A DNA stretch of 63,421 bases, the filler included, from Dicyema japonicum (taxonomy: Eukaryota > Animalia > Dicyemida): assembly GCA_011109175.1 (NCBI GenBank). It is 12 parts of 11 records of this genome, joined end to end, with 100 filler letters (N's around TTAATTAATTAA, not from the genome) between each part and the next. Parts side by side here need not be neighbours in the genome. Positions count along the whole stretch, not along the records: positions 1 to 26,010 come from RDEW01000090.1; 11 more parts are not named here. One strand, given 5' to 3'. How positions within the stretch are numbered: the first letter of the stretch is position 1; every line of letters begins with the position of its first letter. Both the position numbers and the translations under genes were made by a program. The notes below the pieces were generated by a model. The model searched no databases. It had not been told where the DNA came from and saw nothing but the letters and a program-made list of their open reading frames with translations. This document shows, one piece after another, positions 12,001 through 26,110 of this stretch.

Positions 12001-14829
12001 CGATTGACTGTATACATTTTTTGTATTTTAATAACAATTTATTTAATATTAGATTTTATTTAACAAAACAAGAGAACAAGAAACACACACGTCAAAAATG
12101 GAGAGAATTTTTATTTTATAATAAAAAATTAATGCTATTTTTGGCATTGTAGATTAGCAATTTGGATTGAAAACACTCGGAGTTTATTTAATTCTTCATG
12201 GTGTTCTGAATTTTCTCCCTCAACATGGAGGAAGGTAATTCACCTTCTATTCTGCGTCAGTTTTTTTTTCAGTCATCGTTTTGGACCAAAAAGACAAGTT
12301 GACGATCTTCTATATCTCTGGTATGGGATATCATTTGAGTTGACACCTCATCTTTTTCTTCTCGTTAGCTTTTGTCTGCTAGTAAGAGTTTTTAATTTGC
12401 CGGAAGATGGAGATAGTGACTAACTTATATTACACGGAATGTCTGCTTAGTTTTCATGATGGATGAAAGCCTATGTCTTCTTTCTTGTGACATGGACGAG
12501 GTGATGGACTCATGAGACATCGAAAATTATAAGTTCTCAAGAATTGAAGCGTCGATGTACGTAGTATTGTGGTCTGAATCTCGTCCACCCAAAAATTGAA
12601 GAACTCTGATGATACTTTGTCAGAAGCTGCAGTATATGGCGGTAGCTAAGATGATTATATGTAAGGCTGGTAGGCCGAATATTATCTATAAAACTGTTAC
12701 TACTTTTTCAAACACTTGAAATACAGTTTTAATCGCAAATACGATTATCGATTAGTGAAGCAAAATTATTGAAGCGATTGCCTTCATCTAGGTCAGTGAC
12801 GGAAAAAGTTTAAAAATGCATCACAATATCAAATAGTCGGTTAAAATAAGCACGTTGATTAGAACCATGCATATTCCGTACCCCACCTTAACTTTATAAA
12901 AAGTAAGTCGTGTCCTTTAGGTAACCTTTGTCGTAATCTGAACGCTCTTCCACTCAGGCGAATCTCAAAAGTCATCAATTTGCCTTGAAGATTACGACAG
13001 TCAAGTGTTCGATAACTTACTAACTATATTATTATTAAAGTTACTCCCAAAATTAATGGTTTTTATTAGGCATGAAACCAGGGGCTAAAATAAGAGATGT
13101 TCAAGTGTCGACAATTCTGGTACGATTTCTTTCTGACGTTGTGGAGATTAATCCAAGACTCCACAACGAACTGTATAGACACCGGAATAACTTAAGTAGA
13201 CAATAACCCGTGTCCTCTTTCTCGTGATTCTGGGGTTAATAAAATTAAATGATGTTTTTCTATGATAATAACTATTAAGATACGCGCTCGAAGCCATCCA
13301 TGTGGATCCTTGGTGACCCTTTGGATCATTAAACCCATCCGACGGAATAAGAGAAATGTAAAGAAAACTAAAATCAAATTTAAATTAAATTAGTATTTGA
13401 AAGAGCGTTTATTTTTTTTATAAAACACCATATATACTGGAAAGGAGTTGGGAGATATTCAGTTCCAACTGTAGGAGTAAACTTGTCTTTTTCGAGCATA
13501 TCGTCGGACTAAGACTTGTCCGATCTGTACCCGCTATTGTGGAAACCCCTCCAGTCGAGTGAGGACAAGAGATATCATTTTTGGATAATAATCAGGTATG
13601 GACGTCTCCGAAACAGGTGGATACACCTCTTAGGATTTTAGGAATGCTGGAGAAGTAAAGAATTTGTTGACCGCTACGTACTTAGTCAATCCAAAGAACT
13701 AGGGGAAAATAAATAAATTCGATAAAAAATTCTAGCTGACATACAACAGAGTCCACTAGAAATAAAGAATAGACTAGGAGCTTTTCGCTAGTAGTTGGTC
13801 GAAAAGAATTCTATTTAACTTATTTTATTAAGCAGATACTACACTTTGATCTTAATCAAAAAGTCGAGAGGGACCAATTTGACTGATCCCTGGAAGTATA
13901 GCTTTCACTGAGTGTAGAGATCGTTAAGCGAGTTGATAATGATGGTGTGTTCCTGTAGTTGCCCATTTAGGAAAGTCTAATGAACGCCGGTTTTAAAATC
14001 CAACTGCTGAAAAATCGCATAGACTCCTTTGACTGCACTTGGGTCAGGATTAAGGAACTGCTTAAAATCTCTTAGTGTTTTTTTAAGATAAATTCAAAAA
14101 TTCTTTTCAACTGCATCATTGTTGGTGATTTTAACTCAAAAAATGAGTGTTTTTTGGTTTTTAATGTTCTAACCAGAACAAAAGTTGTTTAATAACTTAA
14201 TCTAACAAGGTGGGATTCGAGAGCTAACTTATTTTGAAATTTATCTATACTCAACGAGTGGCAGAGACAAAAATGAGTCATCCGGGAGAGAAGATAAAAT
14301 TATTAAAATAAGAATATAGAATAAATAATTAAACAAATTATTTTAAAGTAAAGTTGTTATGGCAGGTCTCCAATATGGCTTGTAGACATTGACAAGGATT
14401 GGATTATTTGCTTAACGTGGTCTTTTGGTCACCAATTCCGGAAAGGAACGAAGAGAGCCATTAACTTTTCCCAGCCACTTGGGGACTCCCGTACCACACA
14501 ATGGGAGTTACCTCTCATAATCGCGAACCCAATTTTCTGCAAAAGCCATAGCGTATTCTAGGTTCAGGATATTAGATATTTTTCAGACAGCAAATACTGA
14601 CTCTGTGGATTAATAAATAACTTCATTCTCGACGTTTTAGGAGATTAAACGGGTGAGCTTCCTTCCAACTCTTCAAGAGAAAAAAATTAAAGATAATACT
14701 GGAATGGGCTGTGCAATAAAATCAATGGACAAGCAGTTATTTAACAGAAAATCAAAATTTAATGTACTTTAAAGAAAACAAAGTAGCCATCACACAAATA
14801 ATGATCACATTAAGAAAAATAATGGAGTG

Positions 14830-15150
14830 GTTTACCTGTACTGACAGCTTTTCCCAGTCGAAACTTTTGAGGTCGGCAATGAAAGCGGGAGAGGCCGCCC
14901 GTTTATATGAAAACTCAAAAATAAAGAAATACAGCAGCCTCCTAAACCGATCCATGTACAGCCAGTGGTCGTCGAGACGAGCGGAGTCTTTGGCCCCAAG
15001 ACGGTCTCTTTCCTTAGAGCACTTGAGTGTCTATTGACCAAAGCCTCGAGGGAGCGTCGGGAAACCGAGTGGCTTTTCCAAAGGATATCCCTGGCAGTAG
15101 TCAGAGGTAACAGCCACTCGATCATATCCGCTGGACTCAGTAATTAACTA
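14830..15150 (+). mobile_element. CRE-like non-LTR REL endonuclease / 3' end fragment
   Basis: KIKKYSSL...VVVETSGVFGPKTVSFL...WLFQRISLAVVRGNSHSI*. Confidence 0.88.
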
Positions 15151-15512
15151 CTCAGGTTGAGACATATAATCGATGTTAAGCTGGAGTGAATAGAAAGTGA
15201 AAAATTAACTGTTTGTTCTTAATAATTAAATATATTATTTGATTCTTACAAATAATGGAGAAAGGCAGAAAGTACGATCTTCTTCGCAAGTGCGCTGGAT
15301 AATATGCCAAGTCAATGTGGGCAAAGCGATAGTACACGATAGCGAAAGTGCTCTTCTCGAATAATACACAAAGGGAAAGTGCACGTGGTCCGAGTAGTCC
15401 TTAATTGAGATAAAGTCGTGAACAAATACTATAAACACCACTTAAGTTATTTAAAATTAGAATGCCTTGTAGAAGTCTACATACAAAAGGTAGCGGCGAT
15501 CAAAAAACGAAT

Positions 15513-16750
15513 CTGACATAATGCTTCTGACATAATGACAACATAACAATTTGGGATACAAATAGCCTTGAAGGAAAATATGTCCTAAATAATCTTGAGA
15601 TGATTCAGAAACATAACAATTTGTGGTGAATTTATAAACATCGGAACTCTTGAGCCAAAGATTGAACTCTTTTCACAAACACAAGGTCACATGGCGAGTC
15701 GAATATTGACAGTTACTACAAAATGGTCATCGCCAGAATGACACCAAACCAAGAATTACATAAATACCAAAAGGACACACGATACACATAACAGTAGAAA
15801 TCTTTACCTAAACGGACTATCACTATAACAAAAGAAGGATCTACAGGAGATGCCTCGACAACTGTGCAACATGCTAACAAATCCCCAAAGTCTGTAAACA
15901 ACTGCTATAATCAATACGACATGCAGCGGACAAACGAACAAAAATGTATTAATGCTTGAATACTGAAGACTAGCATATCAAATTGTCATAGAAATATTAA
16001 CCAAAATAATCGTAATATGATGGAGACAACAAAACAATTTGAGATCAAATAGCCTGGAAAAGAAATATAACGAAAATAATCCTGAAATGAAGCAGACAGC
16101 ATAATAATTTGGGATACAAATAGGATGATAAAAATAGGGAAAATCCTAAATTATATCCATTAAGAACAATTAGTCAAAACCATCAGGAGTTCCCCTGGAC
16201 GACACTTCCTTCAAGTCCGAGCAAGAGAAGTCTGATGAAGCAGGCGTGTTTTCTGGTTCAATAAATTCGAAGAGAATTCTTGATACGTCGGAGCCTGGAT
16301 CACTTAATTTAGCAAATTAATACCTTCTTTCTTCGTACTCTTGGAGTTTTAAAATAATATGTTCAATCAATTTAAATGTAATATTTAATGGCCGGCTCCA
16401 TTAGCCTTACTATCCCCCAAAAAAGTTACCATAAAGTGGAAAAATACGAGTACGTAATATCTTCAGTGAAATAGGAAAAAAAATCTTGTGTGGCTACATT
16501 TGCGGAGTAGAAATCTAATTTTGGTTACATTTAAATCCATATATGGTTGAGAAGTACTTTGGTGAGGTGATGACGTGCATCGTTTCTTAATTGGATGACA
16601 GTTGAGAAAAATGTCTAAAAACACTCATTATACAATCGAGCTTCTCCTTACTTGCCAATGTTACTATCATATTCGTTGAAGCAGTGTACAATCACGATGT
16701 AATGACATAACAATTTGAGATGCAAAATATATGGAAGAGAAATATCCAGG
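15513..16750. repeat. Degenerate ~70-bp minisatellite units in dispersed blocks
   Basis: Recurrent ACATAACAATTTG(A/G)GAT-CAAATAGCC motif at ~15541, 15610, 16031, 16100 and 16705, with ~70-bp spacing within blocks. Confidence 0.6.
15660..15930 (+). mobile_element. RTE-family fragment (endonuclease-RT linker)
   Basis: Aligns by eye with the reverse complement of 31440-31720 of the RTE element (CAAGGTCA.AT.G.GAGTCGAATATTGACAGT...CACACGATACACATAACAG). Confidence 0.8.
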
Positions 16751-18039
16751 AGAATATATATAGTGACAAATCAAATAGTGAAAAATAATCGATATTTATA
16801 GGTTAACAAAATACAAAATATATATTAAACATTTTGATAACAGCCTTCAACACTATTTGATGAATCCAATAATATAATGTATGACAGCACAGTTGAAAAT
16901 ACAACAAAATATAAAGAAACAGCCAACCACAAAAAAGTGGCAAAAGCATGCCAAATAATATATTAATGTAATAATAGGTTCGCCATATTGTAAAATTATT
17001 TTAATAATAAATATGTATTAAATTAATTTAAATCAGTTAAAATTTGTCGTGTCTATGTCCTTATCATACTCTCAGTCTGTCTATTTTACCCTGCTTGAAA
17101 AGTTTTGAATTTTATGTCGTGACTCACCTTCGTGTGACATCGCTCACTTGAAGTTTTCTGAAAAGAGTCGCAAATTCCTTATTTTGCAATATTAACGGAG
17201 ACATACGGATTCTGAGTATCTTTGGGAAAGGGGGAATTAGAAGTTTCCAGGGCGTAAAGGTGGACAAATAAAAACTCTATAGCAAATTCTAATCCATTTT
17301 ATAGTGAAATTGTTCTTATTAAAAAAATCTGAGTATTTTTACAAGAAATCATGTAAGTACCTTAATTCTACATAACATTATTAAAGGGAATGTGATTAGG
17401 TCATCGTTGTATGCGGATTCCGCAGCGATTAATATGTGAATAGGATGAAATCTCACGGCATCATAGACCGGTTCGTTTTCCAACCGATTTCCGTGAGATA
17501 TCTTACGTTATACTCAAAAATTGTCTGATATTTGCTTGGAGAGGTTGGTGGATCACCCTTTGGTATACCTCGGATCACTTAAAGTTTTTCATAGAAAGTC
17601 ACGTGGATATTATCCAAGTTATTTATTCATAGACTTAATCCGATAATAAATTCGCAAATTAGCAAGTAGTATCATATCACGAGTATTTCTAATGCAGTCA
17701 CGTGTATATTATTACCAGAGAATGAATTTTTGTTTTTTAACCTACTTCATAAGTTGTCAACATGAGCTAGTAAACACTTGTTAATTTGACTGTTCTACTT
17801 ATTACAAGCATATGTCGTCAGTTTAGGCATGTCAATTTAGGCAGGCCCACACAGGATTGTCATAAAGTTGACGATTTTGAACACTTATTCTCTATCATTA
17901 AAATGAGACCACCAAAGAAAAGCAGTGGAGTTAGTCAATGGCGTCAAATTGATAGGCCGCGGTTATGACCGTCTACGTGATCAGAATGCCAATTTTCTTT
18001 ATTCTCATCATTGTTAGAGTCTGATTCTACACTCAGAAC

Positions 18040-18202
18040 AAAATACATATATGTGAGGATATCTGGTTTCTATTCAAACCTTGCTGAAAAGTTTTTAACG
18101 AGGATTGTGGCAATGTCAATTCTACCTATGTATGAACAGTTTTTTTCCTTCATGAGATCAATAAAATTTCAGAGTACAAGGCTGACTGATGAAAACTTGT
18201 AA
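18040..18202 (+). mobile_element. hAT transposase C-terminal dimerisation-domain remnant
   Basis: YEQFFSFMRSIKFQSTRLTDENL, matching the hATC motif seen at 55609-55863 and 60848-61324. Confidence 0.6.
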
Positions 18203-18714
18203 TCCCTGATTTATATCATGGTATTTTCATTTAACGAGACTAGAATCCGGATACTTTGTCATCCTAGACTTCATTCATATATCAAGAACTTCAGAATTCT
18301 GACTTGTTTTAAGTCCATTCACCACTGGAAACCATGTAAGAAGAGTCTGAGGATTATTATATGTTTGGATCAGTTAATTGGTTGTTTTTAACATTTTTCT
18401 TGATGAAAGAGTAATGATTACTCATTATTTGAAAAGAAAAGATAACGATCTGTAAGCCAGAAAACTCTTTATCTAACATACAATTTCAAACTCCAATTTC
18501 AAAGTACACGAAAACAATGACTGCAGAACGAGACATTTTTTGATCTATATTGTCTCCAGTAAAAAGAAAATCTCGATAAAAGAAATTCTATCAACTTTCT
18601 CTACTAAAAACAGAAACATTTTCAAAGAACGGTCAACCAAGAAAAGTAATCTAAAGGATGTCGTCTTGGAAACTGAGGTCGATTTCAGAACTCGTAACCA
18701 GCGAACGAAATTGT

Positions 18715-18834
18715 TTCCCTGAGAAATGAATAAATAGGTCCTTTTGAATAACGTGGGGCCAATGACGCCATCATAGGAAAGGAGGAGAAATGTTCAACCA
18801 ATTAGACACATGACACCACGTGGCGCCACGCGGC
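18715..18834 (-). mobile_element. Internally deleted copy of the structured leader/SINE-like element
   Basis: Head GCCGCGTGGCGCCACGTGGTG and GATGGCGTCATTGG...CAAAAGGACC, shared with 32500-32752, 34473-34705 and 53210-53360. Confidence 0.7.
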
Positions 18835-19089
18835 TTTAAAATTAAATGAGTGCTCTCTTAATTAGTCAGTGGGGCTGGACGAATCAACAGCAGTTAGATT
18901 TGAGTCTCTAGTACTTTTTTTTCTTACGTTTAAAATCTAATAATCAATAAAGCAAAAATGTCGTTGTGGACGTTTTAATAGATCCATATGGATATCATCC
19001 ACTGTCGTGCAGGTTGAGCTATTTCAACTGGACTTTGAAAAACCCACTTTCCTTTGCTGTCCACCACTGCATTTGGAGTCAACTGATTT

Positions 19090-19330
19090 CAGTATAGACG
19101 ATGGATGATAACATTCCTGGTTCAGGACGCTACATGTTTTGTTTGATACACACTCCCTGAAAATTTCCGCTTCAGTCGCGGACCCAACTCATGCATCGAA
19201 GCAAGCCGAAAATCAGAAGAAAAGCAAGTTCGAAGTATTCCGAGGATAACTTGTTTGTCCCATTTATTGTTGAAACGTTAGTATCCTTGGCCCACAAGAG
19301 GGAGATCTAGTCCGTCAGATCGGCCCAATA
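19090..19330 (+). mobile_element. CRE-like REL endonuclease fragment
   Basis: LVQDATC...ENQKKSKF...LFVPFIVETL pattern. Confidence 0.6.
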
Positions 19331-20859
19331 ATTTATAGGGTCATAAAGGATTCATGGATATAATGATATTAAGAATCCATTATTGCCATAACATCGAAAG
19401 TTGATTTGTCTAAAGACGGAAGCCGAAAACAATCATAAATAAGTCGGTTGGAAGCGTAGTACGGTAAAGAAGTACAGAAACAAACTCTAAAGTATGCAGA
19501 TGATTACTCGTGTAGTTTGATCCCTGATGGTAAAAAAAGGGATTTTGATAATAAGATCAAGTACTCGGAAAAAGGACTACTAAGTCTGGATGATCAGTTT
19601 ATCACTCTATTGAGATAGAGACGGTAGTCGAGTATTCAAAGCCAATGCGTCTGGTTATGACGACATAGACATGATGATTTCAACGAGAGACTGAATATCT
19701 TGTTTGGTTTTTACGACCTTATAGTCTATTAATATTTTAAGTTGTAATGTTCGTCATTGATCTTTTCGTCAGCTATTGAAGCTTAAAAAACGACTAATAT
19801 CCAGTCTTCGATGATACAACATTTTTCACAAATCGATTGAAAAAACAATGGACGTATTGAATAACTTCTTCGTGACGTTGCCATCCTGAAAGGCAAGTTC
19901 CATCCATATTTGTCAAATTTATTAATTCTCGATAAATTTTGTATAATCTAAATTAATTTAATATTTATTTTTAAAAATTGTTTCACAAGATGGCGAACCT
20001 AATAATAAATTAATATATAATTATACGCATGCTTGCCATTTGGTTGTGGTTGGTTCTATTGTTCTTTATTTTATCTATTTTTTCTTCTGTATTGTCATAT
20101 TTTTTCTTCAATTATATATATATTATTCGATTTATCAAATAGTGTCGAAGGCTGTAATCAAAATGTATAACATATAGTTTGATAACATATAATTATGAAC
20201 CAATTATTCTCCACTATTTGATTTTTCGGTTCTGAATTTAATTTAATTTTTCATTTGTATCAATACTTTTTTTTATTTTTTAGTGAAAGATATATATTAA
20301 TGAAACTTTATCACTATTTTTGATATTTTTTGAAGAAAATGTTGTAATAATTTCTTATTGGGGCCTAAAATTCCATAAACCCAGCAATATTTTGTCGAAT
20401 TCGAATTTTTGTTCAACGAATCCACTCATGAACTCTTTGAAGCTGTTTAGATGGAGTCAAGAGGTTCCCACGTCCAGTTGTAACCATTTAGTACTAACCC
20501 ACAATCTACAATAGTTTTTATGAGATTAGAACCCTTCTATCTGATGTACATGGGCAGCAGTTCTCAGGTCAATATATTCTTACAAGAAAAAATTAACTAC
20601 TTATGCTTTCCTGAGATATTTGTACACAATGTCACTGAATCTACATTTATAATTATATATCCATAAAATGTGGGTTAGGGATGTGAATAACCATTCGATT
20701 TTGCAAGTGAAATCAAAAATTCATTTAGAAGTCATTGTGTTAATATTATGTCATTGAATTATCGATTAGTCATTGTGTTGTCCTTTTTTTAAACATGTTT
20801 TATTAATGTTCTTCAAATATATATCAACCAATAGTTAAGCCATCGAATCGTGTGTGACA

Positions 20860-21225
20860 GAAGTTATCAAAATGTTGTCATTAATATTTAGGTATCCATG
20901 AATAAGCATATTTCTACTGTATATTTATTGATTTTATGAAGTGAAACATAAAATATATTGAATTTTTTTGATACGAACAAATTAACAATACAAATCATTA
21001 TCATTAAGAAAATGTCAACTGTCACAATAAATATCAGCTAACAGGTTCGCATGAAATGTTATTAACAATATCTAAACACTGAAGAAATATTTACAAAAAA
21101 GCATATTACCACAGTATATTTATTGATTTTATGAAGTGAAACATAAAATATTTTGAATTTTTTGATACGAACAAATGAACAATAGAGATCATAACCATTA
21201 AGAAAATGTCAACTGTAAAAAATAT
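20860..21225. repeat. Two-copy ~195-bp tandem duplication
   Basis: GTATATTTATTGATTTTATGAAGTGAAACATAAAATA...AAGAAAATGTCAACTGT starts at 20919 and 21114. Confidence 0.85.
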
Positions 21226-21269
21226 TTATTTTGGTTTTGTTACTTATCGATTTTTATACTTACTGCTAA

Positions 21270-21995
21270 AGTCTGAGGCCAATCAGCATCGTCTTGCATA
21301 CCTTGTGTCCGCCGCCAACCATGGGAGCGGAGCGTGGCTGGATGCACTCCCGTGTTGCTCACTGGGGACCCGTTTGGACGACGATTGTAATCGGATTGGG
21401 ATCGCACAACGCTTGGGAGTTGATGTTTGCGTCGAACACCGCTGTCGTTGTGGAGGGATCGTCTATGCCAAAGGGCTGCACCCGCTCTCATGCAAAAGGA
21501 GTGCGTGCAGAGCACCCCGCCATGCTGCTATGGAAAACATTGTCATGCGAGCTCTTTAAGCAGCAGGATTTCCGGCATTACTAGAACCTGTGTGATTGGA
21601 CCGCCTAGATGGGAAAAAACCGGATGGGTTAACTATCTTTCCGTTCACTGAGGAAAAATCCCACTTATGGACTGAACTGTTATGGATTCTTTCTCGAACT
21701 CGATGATACTCAGTTCGGCGCAGTCTGCTGGATCGGAAGACGATCTGGCCGAGAAAATCAAGATTAAAAAATATGGCGAAATTGGAGACCGCTACCGTTT
21801 TGTACCGGTAGCAATCGAGACGTCTGGTGCAGGGGAGTATCACAGCCTTTTTCCTGAAGGAAATCAGGGGGAAATTGGCCCACCTTAAGAAAAACGTGCG
21901 GGAAGCGGTCTGGATGAAGCAACGATTTGAAATTGAGTTGTCCGCCGAAACCCTCACTCAATGATGTCAGCAGCCGCTCTCCCCGATAGTTAATA
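21270..21995 (+). mobile_element. CRE-like non-LTR retrotransposon, zinc knuckle plus REL endonuclease, degenerate
   Basis: SGAWLDALP, CRCGGIVYAKGLHPLSC (CCHC), KKPDGLT, YRFVPVAIETSG. Confidence 0.9.
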
Positions 21996-22044
21996 AATAA
22001 TATTTTATTGTTAATAAATTTTTATGATTAACGAGAAGGGTTAT

Positions 22045-22135
22045 GGCTAAGACAAAAGATTGGAATAGCCATACTCCGAGGGAACTCGTTCGCAATCCAC
22101 GCAGCAAACTTCCTCAACTGACATTTGTTTAATTG
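22045..22135 (+). mobile_element. 3' terminus of a CRE-like element
   Basis: WLRQKIGIAILRGNSFAIHAANFLN*, the same family as 2040, 3870 and 51495. Confidence 0.85.
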
Positions 22136-22629
22136 TTAAAATTTTTTTTGTAAAAAAAATAAATTTTTTGTAAAAAAAATTCAAAGATCCTTTTGTGTTT
22201 TGCCATATGGTTGAGTTTTCTAGGAAAAATTACGATTGGCTATTAAAAACATCTTCAAAGATGTTGAAGCTGGCTTACAAAGAATCTTTTGGAGAGACTG
22301 GATCGTTTGTCATATTTATAGTTTTTGGATAGCCATTTTTAAAGATGTTTTTGGAAACTGGATTTTACAAGACAATCGTATGAAACATCGTATCACATGT
22401 CTCCAGATTTCCTTTGGATTTCCAAATCAATTTCTTTATAGGATACAAATGTGGACCGTAGGTGAGCAAACACAACAATTGGTCGTGAAGAAATCTATCA
22501 ATATCCTTTCAGGTAAGATTTTTACGATCTCATATTTTGCTCAAGGGAGGGCATCCTTTCAAGTCTACTTCACTACGAACTTTCCATAAGAAAAGAGAGT
22601 TTGGTGATCAAGGATGTCTTAAGGTTATC

Positions 22630-22950
22630 TAAGTCGCCAGAGTGTAGGTTATAATGATCTGAGGCATGGATTTGAACTTTCTCTCGAAGCAGTATCAAAA
22701 AAACAATGACCAAGTCCCCGCAAATGTTGCACTGGACAACTACATCGCATACACAGGAGTCGGATTCCGCGGAAGGCCAAGAATGACACTTCCGAATATC
22801 TTGAACGAAGACCTATCGGCGGTTGGTATGAGACTAACTTCGGCGGACGATCTGAACTGTCTAAGAGAACTAGTGGGCAACAGAAGATCGCGGTCAAAAT
22901 TGACGGAGAGGATGATTAGGAAATCAGCACGAAAGAAACTTAACTAATTT
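22630..22950 (+). mobile_element. RTE non-LTR retrotransposon 3' end
   Basis: FRGRPRMTLPNILNEDL...LTSADDLNCLREL, homologous to the C-terminus at 30050-30250. Confidence 0.75.
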
Positions 22951-23039
22951 ATGTATTCTCGGGGGTGCTTTTTAATGATTATAATAATAATATAATTTTT
23001 TTATTAAAAATTATTAAAGATAAGAGTGAATGGTCATAT

Positions 23040-23250
23040 AGCGGCTGCCCTGACTGCATGGCTATTCCCTCTCAGGATGGCGAGATTCGCTCAAATAACC
23101 AGCAGCGTTCACGAGGGTCTCCTGATCGTGTAACGATCCGATTTCCTTTAAGAATTCCAGCGTCGCAAGCGCAAGGGAACAAGACGTCTCAACTGCGAAT
23201 GTGACAAACAAAAAATCCTTTGGTAGGACCGCGTACTTTTCCCGTTTCAA
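23040..23250 (-). mobile_element. CRE-like REL endonuclease / 3' end fragment
   Basis: KYAVLPKDFLFVTFAVETS...WLFERIS-AILRGNSHAVRAAAI* (one frameshift). Confidence 0.85.
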
Positions 23251-24039
23251 CTTCTCGATCTTCTCAGTGGCAGAACAGGCTCCGGAGACACTCAGGAGTA
23301 GACTGCAATATACTTTGCATGTTCCTCTATTGAAGTGGATTTTAAAACGCTAAGTAAACTACAACTTGAGTTACTCTTAAATCGAATAAATAAGAATCTA
23401 ATACAAAATTTTGGCTGAGAAATACGAGGGAAATTATGAACTCGTCTCATTGACTATTAGAGAGAAATAATCCTCAATGTTCTGAAGTCTTAGATTGTCT
23501 TATTCATGACAGAATTTTTTCTTTGCTGTCTGTGAGTTATGCAAAAAATGGAAGAAGACTGTTGACTAATAATACATAAACATCTCCATGTATGTTATGA
23601 ATGGAATGAGTCCTCATTAGAAAAACTTCTTTAGCAAGGAAACCAGTGGAACGGCTCTTAATTACGAGTGCCATTAGTAAAATGATATTCATTTAAAAAA
23701 GAAAAAAATGTAAAGTCAGAGACAAGGATTACGAAGGCTTTCACTCTGATTACCGCTATTTCGAGTCTCTTCCTCAACCAGAGTCATTCTTAAGGCTCGC
23801 ATCTCATAGAAGCAAGCAATAGTCCAAAACTGGAGAGAAATGTCCAAGAGTCCTGAATTCTCAATCTCAATAAGAGTGAAATAGTAATATCGTGAGTAAT
23901 CCGTACTTTTATTTATTTTATTTCCGTACTTTCGGAGCAGTCACTTCAGTTCTAAAAGTAAATTATTATTTTTTTAAAGTAAACTAATTTTATTAAATAT
24001 TTTTGGATAAATATTCACCTAATTTTAAGCCAAAATCTA

Positions 24040-25830
24040 CTATAGAGGTCGAGTGGTACAGTGTAACAAGTGCGTTGTAGAACGGCCTGATCTGAAGCCA
24101 TGTTGAAAATCAGGAAATTGTAGAACAGGGGTGATTAACATTAGTACAAGCTTCTCCAACACTTTTGACAAGGCGTAAGTTATGAAGACAGGACGGTAAG
24201 AGGATGTATTGTCTTTTGATTTTCCAGGCTTAAAGATTGGAGTAATCAATGAGTCCTTCCATATGTTTGTTATTGTATGAGAATTAATAGACTGGTTGTA
24301 TAGTCTTGATAACACAATATGAGTCTGAGGTCCTAGTTGTTTAAGGTGGATTGCACAGACACCGTCGGGACCACAGGCTTGGGTTAGTCGTAGAAATTTA
24401 ATGATTCTTTCCACGCCGTAAGGAGTGAAGAACGTCGTATATGTCGACTGTTGTGGACTACCTCGTTTGACACGCAGAGATCGAGAGAAGTACTTGTGAC
24501 TGATCGACATATAGTATTTCATGAGGTCATTAGCGAGTTTCCGTGCTTGTTCTGGGGCAAGGGTAACGGTTTCCACTCCGCCGTCATCTTTCTTTGTGAG
24601 GCTGTTGGTACTCTTTAGTGTCTTCCAGAAGGTTCCACACGAGTTCTTGTGGCATAGTCGACCAACAAGCCGACTCTACTTGTGTCTGTGTTTATCACGG
24701 ATTACTTGGGAAATTCTGCGATTTAGAGAGCGCATGGACGACATAGTGCCATCTGATTTCATTCCGGTTCTCTTTAGGCATCCCGTTTGTTTGATAAGTT
24801 CCAGGATGCCCGAAGATAGTTTCGGATTGAATTTTCTGTAAGAAGATATTGAGATGACATTTTGTCCGCTTTTCGAATAACTGAAGTTAACATCAGTCTT
24901 TCACAGCGAGTCCCGATAGACAATTATCCACATACTGCTAAATCCAAACCAATTTGCCTTCGAATAGTTCTTGAACTTTGTAGAACATCTTGGCAGACAA
25001 ATAGATCTTTTCAGTTTCAACACAATTGGGTTATGGTCGCTTGTATAACCATAACGAACATCCCACGTAAAGTATCCAGCAAGCATAATATAAGTCTGGG
25101 GAAGTTAAGATATCCCCTCTTAGGATTGGGGTCCTCGTATGGAAATCCGGATTATTGAGAATAATTAATTCGTTGAGTATAGATAAGATGTAATATCCGC
25201 GATTATTAGCTGATTGTGTCCGCAGCCAGAGCGGATGTTTGGCATTTAAGTCTCGGATGTTTGGCATAGTAGCAGATCCTTTTGTCCACACAGTCTTAAT
25301 AGGTTGGAGATGTAGGAAGTAGTACGTGACTTCTGAGGCGGGATGTAGACATTACACAGTGTAAAACATCTCGTCGGAGAAAAGGAAACTTCAATAGAAA
25401 TCTATTCCAGAATAAGACTCCTTTCACAGAGAGAAGATACAAAAAGGGTGACATCCGTAAATTTAAGTCCATCCTTAGCAAAGTCTATAATCTCCTCCGA
25501 GACTTTTTGTTCGGTCCCTGCGAAGTACACAATATCCAGGAAAACAAGGTGTTGGGTACTTTCTAGAGAGCTTCGATTCTCGAATGAGGGCAATGTCCAC
25601 TTTCAAATAAGATAAGAGGGATCGTAGTTCCAACACTTTATTGCGGATTCCATTTACATTTAATTGTAGAATAGTCAGTGTGCAGTTGGGTCCCGGATTA
25701 GGTTCTACATCACCAGACAGAATTAGTAAAGAGAAAACGGGGGAATTGGCATTCCACCCTTCTGAAGATCGCAGGATGGTAGGGAAAGTCGAACGGTTCT
25801 CTTCCATGCAGAACTTGCACTAAGCGGCAC
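24040..25830 (-). mobile_element. APE-RT LINE (Ingi-like) with N-terminal 2A peptide, degenerate and 3'-truncated
   Basis: LLILSGDVEPNPGP, then ILQLNVNGI...IALIRESKL (APE), RDLNAKH, and RT motifs ACGPDG, WKDSLITPIFKPGK, SSYRPV, QHGFRSGRST. Confidence 0.9.
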
Positions 25831-26110
25831 CACAACAACAGATGAACCGTATAACGCCACGCTAATCTATAAAATATTTCCTGAGGTCCTAGATGTTTAA
25901 GATAAGCCGTGATTTTATAAAGGATGCCAGCTTATCTGCTTGTTTGAGAACGCCTATGTTCTTTTGTATGGTTTTGTCACTCAAAAGGCATTTTTCACAG
26001 CAGGGTATTANNNNNNNNNNNNNNNNNNNNNNNNNNNNNNNNNNNNNNNNNNNNTTAATTAATTAANNNNNNNNNNNNNNNNNNNNNNNNNNNNNNNNNN
26101 NNNNNNNNNN

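Noticed and set aside
12440-14620. Possible Gypsy integrase-core remnants at ~12.5-12.9 kb and ~14.4-14.6 kb, and RT scraps near 7.1, 11.4-11.8, 17.2-17.6 and 45.5 kb
   Set aside because: They are too degraded to give boundaries or family without alignment. They are probably TE debris but are not individually supportable.
26055-26066. TTAATTAATTAA palindrome centred in most N runs throughout the window
   Set aside because: It is identical and centred in 100-bp gaps, so it is a scaffolding spacer with stops in all six frames, not biology.
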